From Utricularia gibba (taxonomy: Eukaryota; Plantae; Magnoliophyta): a DNA stretch of 64,000 nucleotides. A model generated the notes under the pieces. That model worked only from the letters and a program-made list of their open reading frames with translations. It made no database searches and was not told the origin of the DNA. The DNA is taken from assembly GCA_002189035.1 (NCBI GenBank), contig CM007990.1:5332001-5396000 (forward strand), given 5' to 3'. A program made the translations under genes and the position numbers. Positions 8,846 to 22,300 of the stretch are shown here, piece after piece. Each line of letters starts with the position of its first letter. Within the stretch, counting starts at the first letter, position 1.

Positions 8846-11800
8846 ATGAATCCAGCGTGCACTTCACATCTTCCTCTCAAAAGTAGCGCCACTTCTTCCC
8901 CGTTGATCATCGCGTATGAAGCTCTCCGCAGCCGCAGCCATGGCTGTTTTCCCGGGCCAGCGCCGTGTTCCTCTGCAATTCGAGCAACCTCGGACAGGCC
9001 TTCCACCGGCGGTGATCCTAGTACGGTTTCGACGGTGAAAATTTCCTACGCGGAACTTAAGGTAATGGATTCTCTTTTGCTTGCTTCTCGGTTTTTTGGG
9101 TGTATTGTTTTTTGGTCGTGGTTAATGGCTTACGCAAATTGATGACTTGATAGGATCCCGGTGCTAATATTTTGGACAAGATAGAGATGGGATTTGGCTC
9201 AGATGGGCTCGGGATTCTTTCCGTGACAGATGTATGTAATTGTTCGATTCGGGACTTCTTTGTTTATTGCTTTTTCTTGAATTCTTTTTAGAGAATTTAT
9301 TTTTTCTTCGCATGTAATATTAAATATAGGTGCCGGGGTATGCTGCTCTGCGTAAAAATCTTCTCCATCTTGCACCTAGGTACGAGTATGAAGGGGATAT
9401 GATTTGAGGCAATTTCAGACCCCGTTTTTTCTCCTACTGTTCCTTGTAAAACTGCATTCCGCTACTTTTTATGATCACGATGATGTTCATTTCAAATCAG
9501 ATTGGCCAACCTTCCTGAAGATGTAAAGCGAGAGCTAGAAGACCCTGATAGTCGGTACATACTGTTCATCCTTGCTTTTAACAGTTACGCAAGTGCCATA
9601 ACTGCATTGTTTTAAAATTCCTCGTGTGGCTGAATCCCCAAAAAAATATTGTGCAATGCTGATGATGCTGGTCTTTGTTTCAGGTACAACTTTGGTTGGA
9701 GTCATGGAAAAGAAATGCTTGAATTTGGAAAACCGGGTAGAGATTTTAACCTCCTGAAAATAAGTTTAAATGTACAGGCTAAATATCAAAATATTCTGTG
9801 CATTTGGCATTGCCTTACCTTTCTATCTTACCGTTGCTTTATGAATCACTTTGGTGACAATTGCACAGATATACTAAAAGGCTCCTTCTATGCAAATCCT
9901 ACACATGACAACCCTACCATGGATCTGTCACTCATCAAGCGGTACTAAGAGCTTCTATCTCATGAATCCTTTAACAAATAAGTATTTGTTATTGCATCAG
10001 GGTTTGCCATATATACAATAGCTCCTCAGATGCTGTTTTCTTATTACGAGGAAAGTATATAAAATAATGATGTTTGTAGTTTCTTAATCCGAAACACTTG
10101 TTATTTTTTTGTTCCAAGGTTTTGCCTCACAATTTTCTTCACATTCTGATACATGTGTATTATATTCATTTTTTGTTTCATGACAGGTATCCCTCTTATT
10201 GTGGGCCTAATAAATGGCCTCGTGGTGCTTTGCCCGAGCTTGAACCAGGTAGGGCCTTTAACCATTCTATGTTTTTGTAATATTGTTTTTCAAATTGTAA
10301 AGTGAAAAATCTAGTTAAACTTTAGATATTTTTAAATGATTTGATCTTATTCGTGACCTTTGTTTTGAAAGTGTTTACCTTTCTAACATTCAGGCTTTTT
10401 TAATAGCAATGTCTTTTCCATTCTCTGTTTAATTGAATGCTTGATCTTGAAACGTTCAGAGGTTCTTGAGTTCTCATGGTGCATTCATTTTTTTTTGCTG
10501 ACTTTTCTCTTTCCTCGAATAGCTTTTAAACAACTTGGAAAGCTTGTTCTGGATGTTGGGGTGCTACTGGCATATCACTGTGATCGCTATAGTAAGTCCA
10601 ATTCACTAGCGTCATTGAAAGCATTCAGCTCCATCTGCTGCCAAGAGTAGCAATAATTTGTTGTTTCAATAATCTAATTGTGTGGCAGAATGTCTAAATC
10701 CAACATAACGTAAATTCTAGTCAGGTTTTAAATTCTTAAATTTCTGCGGAGTTCTTTTTAATTTTATGAAGTGAACTATGTGTAGAAATTTTAATGTGCC
10801 TTTTCCTTGCTCAAACATATACAGCATCAAACCTATTCAAGGCGCATGGGAGTTCAAGTCTGCAAGAAATACTTCTCAACTCCCGATGCCATAAGGGCCG
10901 TCTCCTTTATTATTTTCCCGTCCAATTCAGGTAATCTCTTAACATTTGACCACAACTATGAAGAATTGTACAATTACATGTCTAAGGATTCGTATAGTAC
11001 CAAATTAGCTAAATTCCTTTTGTTGATAGTATATGTGGAATCTTTCCTGGTGATACAACATAAAACACAGTGCTTTTTATTAGATTGTCTTGAATTGAAG
11101 TTATAAATGCTAGACTGTGTAAACCAATTTGTACAGGTTGGGTATTGTTAGGTAATATTTGTGAAATGTGATTGTGTCTTTGCAGTAACGGTGAAAGTAA
11201 TGAGGCACAGTCATCATGGTGTGGATGGCATACAGATCATGGGTCTCTTACAGGTCATGAAATTTCTGTGTCTGTACTAGCGCGCAATTTAAAATACTAC
11301 AGCACTTGGACAAGTGCTTTTTTATACCTGTGCATCCACTATCTGATGTGCACTTCATGGAAGAAAATATAATAGTTCTTCTCATACCTCAGGTCTTACC
11401 TGTGCCATTTTTACGAAAAGTGGCGTGGAGGTACCTTGTTTTGATACCACTGCTGGCCTATATGTGAAAACTCGTTCAGGACAAATAGTCAAGGTATGTC
11501 TTCGTCTTCTTTATCTTTGTGATTTATTGTATTTTTGGTTTTAAGTATCTGCACATTGCGTAGAAAAATCTATAAGCATTTGAACAAATCGTTGCATTAC
11601 CCCTGCAATGTCGTTATGTGGCCCATTTTGATGCATGATGCTTTTCATATCATAGGTTTCATATGGAGAAGATGAAATAGCTTACCAAATAGGTGAAACA
11701 ACAGAGATACTGTCCAGGGGTCGGCTATGTGCCACACCTCATTGTGTTCAGGTACTTTCAGTTTCTGAGCTACCAAGGTGCTAAATGGCACGTAAGCCTT

Positions 11801-12777
11801 AGTCCTTGGTATTGGAGACAATCATTTAAGCTCAAGCTGTCACTAACCTCTTTAACCGGTTTATAAAAAAAAAGATGATGTATTTTGCTTGCTATTCTAG
11901 GGTTTAGACAAATTACATGTCTTAGCATAGATTTGCTTACATGGTTTTCATTCAAAATATGATCTTGTTTTTTCTACATCCATTAGATTATAGATTTTTT
12001 AAAATTACCAAAGACTTGTGTATTGTTTTAGTTGCCCATGGCACACACTCAAAGAAGAGGCAGGGTTGATTAATCTAGTGTTACTCGGTATAATCTTTTA
12101 ATACTCTCAATTTTCTTGACTCAGGCACCAAAGTCAGAATCCTCATCTGGTGTGGAGCGATCAACTTTTGCATTATTTATGCAGCCTGACTGGTAAGTAA
12201 TGCTCAAAGCTTAATGATCACTATCAAATCATCTTTACCTTCTGTACTTAAAATCATCCTTTCAAGAAAATCTCATATTAGAGGCACCGAACCCCCTTAG
12301 CATGAACTCAAGTTTGTGAATTTCCATCTGTGAATCGCTGCCTGTATGCATCATATGAGGTGAAAACAGAATACAACTTCACACAGTGAGCGTGTTCCCA
12401 CGATTCCATGTTACTTCATGGTGGAAAATACTTAAAGAGTAGATATCTTGATCTCAGTCTCACAGTCCGGAAGCAGGACACTCCCATTACTCTTTTTTAT
12501 GGTGTCTAACAGTTACTTTTGCCTGTTTTTCTTTGAAATGTTTAGGGATGAAAAGCTGTTCTTCCCAGAGACGGTAAACATTCATGAGGTCAGTCGTTCA
12601 CCGTTGAAAATGAGAACTGTGTGAAGTAGTAGTACCATATCCTCGTTGTGTTGGAATCTGGATCAGTCTTGAGAATTGTGTGACATGGTGTTGCAGTTCA
12701 TGGTGCCAAACGGGTGTCTCACCTTCGGTGAATACTCGGCGAAAGTGATGGCCAAGTACTACGGGGACACTGCATAA
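8846..12777 (+). CDS. 2-oxoglutarate/Fe(II)-dependent oxygenase (At4g13400-like), 15 exons
   Basis: Exon 1 ends 9061; then 9154-9231, 9330-9379, 9501-9554, 9684-9736, 9869-9941, 10187-10248, 10523-10591, 10825-10930, 11186-11253, 11393-11493, 11656-11751, 12125-12192, 12546-12588, 12697-12777. HxD motif in WCGWHTDHGSLTG, distal His in ATPHCVQ, ERSTFALF. Start codon uncertain (8846 or 8940). Confidence 0.9.
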
Positions 12778-13363
12778 AATGGAGTTCGCGGACACGCTTC
12801 TGCCCGTGTCCTCCTGCTCTTCTCTGATTCGTTTCTTTTCTTGTGTTCCCCAATGACAACACTTTCTAATATATATATGAAGTAAATATTATCCTCGATT
12901 GAATATAATATATTTTTAATTTTAATATTATACCACTCTTACCAGTTACCGGGGTTTAAAATGGATCCTAAGTTGAACTCGTAAAGCTTGAAGAAGGAAC
13001 AGTTGTAAAGGGGTTGGGGTTAGACGTAAACACAGTTCGGGTGTGATTCGACTCCGAATCACCGGTGACCGGATTCGTCGCCGTAGTCTGGTTTTGCAGT
13101 TGTCGGGTTTTGGGATCGATGAGCGATGCAGAATCGTGTCTACTGATTTCTGTTCCCCGCGAGTGGATTGACTGGTGCATTGACGCGAATTTGATCCCTC
13201 TGCGAGTTGATCTGGGTGAATTTTCCGATTGGAAGCGCTGGGTGCCAACCATTCCCGGCCGACACCTCTGCCGTCGCCGTCGGCAGGTGGAGCAATAGCA
13301 TGGTTCTTCCTCCGGCGTAGTTCTCCGCAGCCCCAACATCTCCAGTTTCTCCCTGACCCACGA

Positions 13364-16300
13364 ATGGATTTCGCGAGCCGCCATTCTACAGCACCACCAC
13401 CCACGGATCAAAGCCCTACATCGTCCTCCCCTGCTGAGGAGCCTGAGTATATAGCGCGGTATATGGTGATCAAGCACTCATGGCGGGGTCGTTACAAGAG
13501 GATTCTTTGTATTTCTAACCACGCTATCATTACTCTCGACCCAAACACGCTGTCTGTGACGAATTCATATGATGTGGGTAGTGAGTATGATGGTGCTTCA
13601 CCGATCATTGGCAGGGATGATAACTCGAATGAGTTTAATATCAGTGTGCGGCCTGATGGTCGTGGGAAGTTTAAGGCCGTGAAGCTGTCGTCTAATTATA
13701 GGGCGAGTATACTGACTGAGCTGCATCGGTTAATGTGGAATAGAATCGCCGTTGTGGCTGAATTCCCAGTTCTTCATCTGCGGAGGCGGACCTCAGAATG
13801 GGTGCCTTTTGTAAGTTTTCCCGCAAGATATGGTGTTTCTTTTCTGGTTCTTATGTCAGTTGTAATGTAATACATGGTTGATAGTACTTAGTGGTTATAA
13901 GAAAAGTTTTTTGATTGCCAAATATGTGAACGAAATCTGTGCTTTTCGATATAGAACAGGAAATGCTGTGATCTCTTATGGTCCTCTGTTAGGTACGAAA
14001 AATCCTTATATAGGCCACTTATATAGTGTAGAAATCAGAGAAGGTTGAAATTTCGTTGCTCATTACATGGGATAATGATCTAGTTTCAATTTTCGTTTGT
14101 CTGTCTTGCATTATGCATGTTTGTTATTCTTCTCCTATATTTATGCACTCATAAAATTTCTGATGCAGAAACTAAAAGTTACATACGTTGGGGTAGAAGT
14201 GATGGATTTAAAATCTGGAGATGTACGATGGTGCTTGGACTTCAGGGACATGGATTCTCCTGCCATAGTAGTTCTCTCTGAACCCTACGGAAGGAAAACT
14301 GACCATGGTGGATTTGTTATTTATTCTCTTTATGGAAGAAAATCTAAAGCTTTCCAGGCGGCTTCAGGGACTTCTGATGCTGCTATCATATCAAACATTG
14401 TGTGGACTACTTTCCCTTCTTTTCTTTATCCTTCGCATCCATATATAAATTTTCACATTTTATTCCTTATGACCAGATGAGCATATCGAATTTTAATGCA
14501 TATGCATAGATAAATACTATGTGCATAACCTTCAAGTATGTTCAACCGTTGATGATTACTAAGACATTTTTTTCTTCAAACAATTCTCTCCAGACTAAAA
14601 CTGCAAATTCTATGGTTGGGGTGTCCTTAGTTGTAGATAGTTCGCAATCACTTAGCATCTCTGATTACATGAGGAAGAGAGGTAAGATTTCTTCTTTTTC
14701 TTAGTATCTAATGACATAATCCTGCCAATTTGTACTGCTGATGCTTGTTTCGTTTTTATTGGTTGAAATCATTCAAAACGTAGCAAAGGAAGCTGTTGGG
14801 GCAGAAGAAAATCCACTTGCTGCTTGGTCAGTTACGAGGTTGCGCACTGGAGCTCATGGAATGCTTCGTACTTCTGGATTGAGTTGGACAATAGGACCAA
14901 AAGGCGGGCTTGGGGACTCTGGGGATGCAGTCTCTCGTCAGCTTATTCTTACGAAGACCTCTGTCGTTGAAAGGCGCACAGAAAACTATGAAGTGAGAAA
15001 GCATTGTGAATTAGGATTTCCATTTCAATTAGTGCTTCTCTTTTCTATTTTCTAGAATTAATGATTGCTTTGCGTAATAAAAATGGCATTGGTGCTCTGG
15101 GGCATCTTCTTTAAATACTGGATTATAAACTAAAATGTTCTAGTCTTGATAACGTTAAATTATCTAATTTCCATTGCAGCCTTGGCTTGTTTTATTGTCT
15201 TTTTTTTCTTCTTTCTTACCTTTCTATTTCGGCATGCCATCTCAGTTTTCTACTTCTTCAAACGCATATTTGCCATGTGGTGTCTTCCATGTGCTTCCTT
15301 TGTCCAGTTTCATGGTTTGTGCAACATTTATTGATCCAGATTGACAATGTGCGGCCCTTATCTTCGGTTAGTGCTCTTGTAAGGTTTGCTGAAGAGCCGC
15401 AGATGTTTGCTTTTGAATTTAGTGATGGATGCCCTATCCATGTAAGTGTCACCTTACGGGAAATGTTTATCTATGGAGATTTGATTCATATGTAGTAATA
15501 CTTTTGGAGAGTAACGAATGTTACCTGATGATTTCAGGTTTATGCTAGCACCTCTCGAGATAGCTTACTTTCGGCTGTTTTGGATGTTCTGCAAACCGAA
15601 GTAGGTGGTTTTATTTGCTTATGGCATGTGGATTGATTAATGCAGCATTCCGTCAGTGCCAATTTAGGTTGTCATTTATCATTTTGTCTGCATGCATAAT
15701 TCCTGAATGTAGTATTTCTAGAGATCATGTTCTTTAGGTAATCATTTTGGGTAAATATTATTTTAGTTGACATGGTGTTGGTTTCCTCAGGGCCAATGTC
15801 CTGTGGCCATCTTACCGAGACTAACAATGCCTGGCCACCGGATTGATCCACCTTGTGGTAGAGTCCATTTACTCGGTAGCCATCAAGTGCAGCGGCCAGC
15901 TGCTGATATGGAACTTGCAAGCATGCATCTGAAACACTTAGCAGCAGCTTCCAAAGATGCTGTCGCTGAAGGAGGCTCTATCCCTGGTTCAAGGGCTAAA
16001 TTGTGGCGCAGAATAAGGGAATTTAATGCATGTATCCCATTTAGTGGTGTCCCACATAGTATTGAAGTGCCTGAGGTGACTTTGATGGCCTTGATAACGT
16101 TACTTCCTGCTGCTCCGAACCTCCCGCCAGACTCCCCACCCTTACCACCACCTTCTCTGAAGGCAGCTGCCACTGTGATGGGTTTTGTTGGATGCTTGCG
16201 CAGACTGTTGGCTTCAAAGAGTGCGGCTTCACATGTTATGTCATTTCCCGCTGCTGTTGGCAGGATCATGGGATTGCTTCGAAATGGTTCTGAAGGTATA

Positions 16301-19300
16301 GCAGCTGAAACTATTGGGCTTCTTGCTATGCTCATTGGTGGGGGTCCAGGTGATACAGTTCTTCTCTCTGACACGAAAGGAGAGCAGCATGCAAGGATCA
16401 TGCATACCAAGTCGGTCTTATTTGGTGACCAGAATTATTTGACAATTCTTGTCAGTAGATTGAAACCTGTATCGGTTTCACCATTGTTATCTATGGCTGT
16501 TGTCGAAGTTCTGGAAGCAATGATCTGTGAGCCACACAGTGGAACAACCCAATTTCCTGTTTTTGTTGAATTGCTGAGACTTGTAGCTGGCTTACGCCGA
16601 CGCTTGTTTGCATTGTTTGGCCATCCTGCCGAAAGTGTTCGAGAAACAGTGGCAGTAATTATGCGCTCAATAGCAGAAGAGGATGCTGTTGCAGCAGAAT
16701 CAATGAGGGATGCCGCATTGCGTGATGGTGCACTGCTGAGGCATTTCTTGCATGCATTTTATCTTCCTGCTGGTGAACGTCGTGATGTCAGTAGACAGCT
16801 TGTGGCTCTTTGGGCAGATTCTTATCAGCCTGCTCTTGAATTGTTGTCTAGGGTTCTTCCACCTGGCCTAGTTGCATATCTGCACACAAGACCTAATGGA
16901 ATTTCACCTGAAGACATATTTAATCAAGAAGTTTCATTGATGAGCAGAAGACAGCGGCGCCTGCTTCAGATACGGAATCATGCAGAGAAGCCAACACAAT
17001 CTCACCTGCATAGTATTCCCTCTGGGGATTTTGCAGGAGGTAGACAACCGGCACCTGAGAGAGGTGCTCATACGTCTCAGGGATTGGATAGTTCAGTTAT
17101 TAGTACGAACAATGGACATCTATCTGTCCATTCCTCTCTGCATCAGGTGGGTGACAGCGTCCCCCATGAGACCCCAACTATAGGTGCTCCTTCAAATGAA
17201 ATGTCACTGTCAAGCGCGGAAGCTGAGAGTTATGCAGTGAATGGGAATGATTTGATGCAATCAAATTCTCCTAGCACTTCTAAGTTTGACAATATTGCAT
17301 CCGAGCTTCATAATTCAGGGAAAACTGCTCCGGCACAGGTAGTGATCGAGAATGCTGCTGTTGGTTGCGGGAAGTTACTTCTAAATTGGCCTGATTTTTG
17401 GCGTGCTTTTGGACTTGATCATAATCGGGCAGACTTGATTTGGAATGAGAGGACTAGGCAGGAATTAATAGAGGCCTTGCAGGCTGAGGTTCATAAACTA
17501 GATATTGAGAAGGAACGAACTGAAGACATCGCTGCTGGAGGTGCAATTCGTGAAACTTTTAGTGGGCAAGAAATTGTCCATCAGATTTCTTGGAACTATT
17601 CAGAATTTTCTGTTGGGTACCGCAGCTTAGCTAAGGAAGTTTGTGTGGGTCAATATTATCTTCGTCTGTTGCTTGAGAGTGGGACTAGTGGTAGGGCGCA
17701 GGACTTCCCTTTACGTGATCCAGTTATGTTTTTCAGAGCACTTTACCATAGATTCCTTTGTGATGCGGACACTGGACTGACGGCTGATGGTGCTGTTCCT
17801 GATGAAGTGGGTCCAACCGATGATTGGTGTGATATGGCAAGATTAGATGGCTTTGGTGGAGGTGGAGGCTCCTTGGTCAGGGAACTTTGTGCAAGGGCTA
17901 TGGCAATTGTGTATGAGCAGCATCATGATTTAATAGGTCCATTTGAAGGCACTGCACATGTTACCGTACTCGTAGACAGGACCACTGATAGAGCTCTAAG
18001 ACACCGGCTTCTTCTTCTTTTGCGGGTGATTACCTAATCTCATCATTCAACCCTCATGGTCATTTGTTAAGTATTCACATGTAAACTGATGAACTTGCAA
18101 TTCTTATGCACTTCTGTTTATATACCTCTGACAATATATGTGTATCTTGCAGGTTCTTATGAAAGTTTTGTCAAATGTCGTTTCATGTGTCTTAGTCGGT
18201 GGATGTGTGCTTGCTGTTGACTTGCTCACTGTAGTGCATGAGGCTTCAGAAAGAACAGTCATTCCTTTGCAATCCAATTTAATTGCTGCTTCTGCTTTCA
18301 TGGAGCCCTTGAAAGAGTGGATGTTTATAAATAAGGAAGATGCACAAGTTGGGCCAGTCGAGAAGGATGCCATTAGACGGTATTGGTCAATTAAGGAAAT
18401 TGATTGGATGACAAGATGCCGGGCATCTGGGATGTCAGACTGGAAGAGGCTTCGAGATATACGGGAACTTCGATGGGCAATGTCTGTTCGAGTGCCTGTT
18501 CTTACCCCTGTTCAGGTTTCACCATTGTCATTAATGTGCATTTGAAATTCTGAATTAAACTATATACTTGGTGCTTGTCTTTTGGGAATGCGAATGTTTT
18601 GGGGTCTGAGATCTTTTTCATTACTTTCCATTCCAAAATATGAGGCAAGCCAGCCACTAGCTTCACACACCTGAAATACTTGAAAGTTTCAGGTGACTAG
18701 CAGAAAACTTCCTTGGTCTTATGTAAGGTCGAATGTCAAGAGAATGTTGGAATGATAGTGAGTTAATTCACTCAGCATGAGAGAACTAGAGTTAATTAAT
18801 GTGACTGCCTGACTTGCTAAGTTACATTATATGAAAATTAGGCAGCTGCTGGAACTTGGGGCTTTCCGATGTGCAAGTGATCATCTCACTTGAATTTTGA
18901 TTTGAAATTGTTATCTTTTTATTGTGTTTATCTAATTGGTGCCCTTATTTTAATTATTCTATTTTTATTTTTTAGGTAGGAGAAGTAGCATTATCCATAT
19001 TACATAGCATGGTTGCTTCCCATTCAGATGTTGATGATGCTGGAGAAATTGTAACGCCCACGCCTAGAGTAAAACGCATTTTGTCAAGTTCACGTTGTCT
19101 TCCCCATATTGCACAGGTACTGATTCAAACTATGCTTTTTTTCGTAGATTTTGTTGAATAATGATCAGTCTGTCAGCAGGCAATGCTTTCTGGTGAGCCA
19201 GCTATTGTCGAGGCTTCTGCTGCTCTGCTTAAGGCCATAGTTACCAGGAATCCCAAAGCAATGATAAGGCTGTACAGTACTGGTGCCTTTTATTTTGCCT

Positions 19301-22300
19301 TGGCATATCCTGGGTCAAATCTTCATACAATTGCGCAACTCTTCTCAGAGACTCATATTTACCAAGCTTTCCATGGTGGTGAAGATGCAGCAGTTTCATC
19401 TTCTCTGCCTTTAGCAAAAAGAAGTGTACTGGGTGGTCTCTTACCTGAGTCGCTGCTGTATGTGCTGGAGCGTAGTGGACCATTTGCCTTTGCTGCAGCG
19501 ATGGTTTCTGATTCTGATACCCCTGAAATTATCTGGACTCACAAGATGCGATCTGCAAATCTGATTCGCCAGGTAATCCTCTCGAATCTTTAATTGCCTA
19601 TGGAACCCTCCTTGTCTGATTTGTAAAATCTATTTACGTTTTCTAATTTTAATGAAAATATATACTCTGCATGAAATTTGAATGAGTTTATTTTATCAGG
19701 TACTCCAACATCTTGGAGATTTTCCACAGAAGTTGTCCCAGCATTGTCATTCATTGTATGATTATGCCCCAATGCCCCCAGTGACTTACCCAGAGCTGAG
19801 AGATGAAATGTGGTGTCACCGATACTATCTCCGGAACTTGTGTGATGAAATTAGGTTTCCAAATTGGCCTATTGTTGAACATGTTGAGTTCTTGCAGTCC
19901 TTGTTGGTAATGTGGCGAGAGGAATTAAGTCGAAGACCCATGGACCTTTCTGAAGAAGAAGCTTGCAAAATCTTGGAAATTTCTTTTGAAGATGTATCTA
20001 GAGATGACGCACCCAAGAGACCTAACTCTGCATCAAGAGATGAAAAACCAAGCATATCAAAACAAGTTGAGTATATAGATGAAGAAAAACTAAAAAGACA
20101 ATACAGGAAGTTAGCAATGAAATATCACCCTGACAAAAATCCTGAAGGGCGAGAAAAATTTATGGCTGTGCAAAAAGCATACGAGTGCCTTCAGGTATGC
20201 TGTCAGAATCGTCTCAGTTGTTCTAAAAGGTCATGATTGAACTTTATTAACCATTTGATTGAAAGCTATTTATATTACCTTGCTCTGGCTAATCTTATAT
20301 ACCGTGCCCATTTTCCAATTGTATAATTGTGAACAGTATAGGGTATGAGCTTCAGATAACGGTGGTCGTTTGATTTAGACGCTGCTTCGTATTGAAAGCT
20401 TTTGTTGGCTTTTTTTATCTGACACGCCTAGTTACTGTTCCATACATAGCATGAATATTTTTTGATCATCATAGATTGTTCTTAGCCCATATAAAAATAG
20501 CGCAGTTGTATGAAATTGGCAGCATTGTGTGGTTTTACCCATTTAGCTGACCCCACATTGTTGCTTAAAAAGTGTACCACGTTGTTCCATTGTTGAACAG
20601 CTTTGTCTCAAGTTATTGTTTGTAGTTGTTGATTACTAATTCTTATTATGAATCACTTAGGACCATGTGCTACTACGTTTGCTTTATACTTGCCAAGATT
20701 TTGAGTTTATGGCCCTTCCATCATTGTGAAAGGAGTTCCACCACCTTTGACAGTTGTTTTCGTGTTGTTTTCCTCAATTTCTTTCACTTTTTAGGTTGTA
20801 ATGCAAGGATTGCTAGGCCCCCAGAATTGGAGAGTGCTGCTTCTGTTGAGAGGGCAATGCATTCTCTTTAGGAGATACGGAAATATATTGACACCATTCA
20901 GATATGCTGGCTATCCGATGCTTTTGAATGCCATTACAGTGGACAGAGATGATAATTCATTTCTTTCTTCTGATCGGGCACCTCTCTTGATTGCAGCTTC
21001 AGAGCTTGTTTGGCTGACGTAACTTCTTTCGCATAGATTTTATTCTCATGGTATTCTTCATTTCTTCACATTTTACCCTAATTTATGATCTGTATATACA
21101 TTCAGGTGTGTGTCCTCTTCATTGAATGGTGAAGAGCTTGTTCGAGATGGTGGAATTCCTCTTCTCTCTGCTCTTCTTTCACGTTGCATGTTTGTAGTCC
21201 GTCGAGCAACTCCTGCTTCCGAACCATCTGCCACAATTGTTACAAGCATACTGCAAACTTTTTCAGTTCTGAGTCAGTTTGAAAGTGCTAGATCTGAGAT
21301 GCTAGATTTATCTGGGTTAATCGATAACATAGTTCACTCCACTGAACTTGAGCTTGTCCCTGCTGCTGTTGATGCTGCTCTGCAGACAATTTATCATGTT
21401 TGTATCTCAGCCGAACTTCAAAATGCCTTACTGAAAGCGGGTGCAATGTGGTAAGTAGAATAATGTTTTCACTATTTGGATCATATTCTTGAACAATCAT
21501 GTGTCTTCATCCAAGAAAGCAATTTTTGGGGTACTATTAGAGAGAAGCCAGACTTTGTTACATGAAACTTTCCCACCTGTATGCAGAACACAAAATACAC
21601 TTGCTGGATACTGAATCTTGTCGTCTAGTAATGTTGGAAATTGTTGATTTTCATCTATCTAGGTATCTTATACCCTTGATACTCGAGTATGATTCAACAG
21701 CAGAGGAGCCTGATGAAGCTGACACACACGGTGTAGGAACTAGTGTTCAAATAGCGAAAAACACACATGCTGTACTTGCTTCCCGAGCCTTGTCAAGGCT
21801 TAGTGGTTTTGGTAATGATGAGAATCCAGCACCCTACAATGCTGCTGCAACTGATGCACTTAAAGCTTTGCTGACACCGAAACTTGCTAGCATGCTGAAA
21901 GATGAATCCCTACTGGAACTCTTATCCAAATTGAATTCCAACCTGGAGTCCCCTGAGGTATTTATATCACCCTCTAATTTTATTGATCAGTATCACATTG
22001 AGTGCTATCTTACTTCTCCATCCAGTGTGTTATATATTCTTGCGCTTGATCATGAATCGCTACAGTGCATAGAAAAGACATTGAAAGATTTAGCTTTTCT
22101 TAAAAGAAAATTAGACCCAGATAAGGTACTCGAATACAAAAATACCATATCAGACTACGATGATTGCACAAACTGGAAGATATAGCTTGGTGCTTCAGGA
22201 AAATTCTGCATGCTGGATTTTTTATTTTATTATTATTATTAGTATTAGTTTTATTATTATTGTTATTATTGATCAGTAAATGTTTTATAATCTGCTGAAG

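Noticed and set aside
12946-13477. 152-aa and 169-aa minus-strand ORFs
   Set aside because: GC-rich GRV2 leader and first exon read antisense; no domain recognised.
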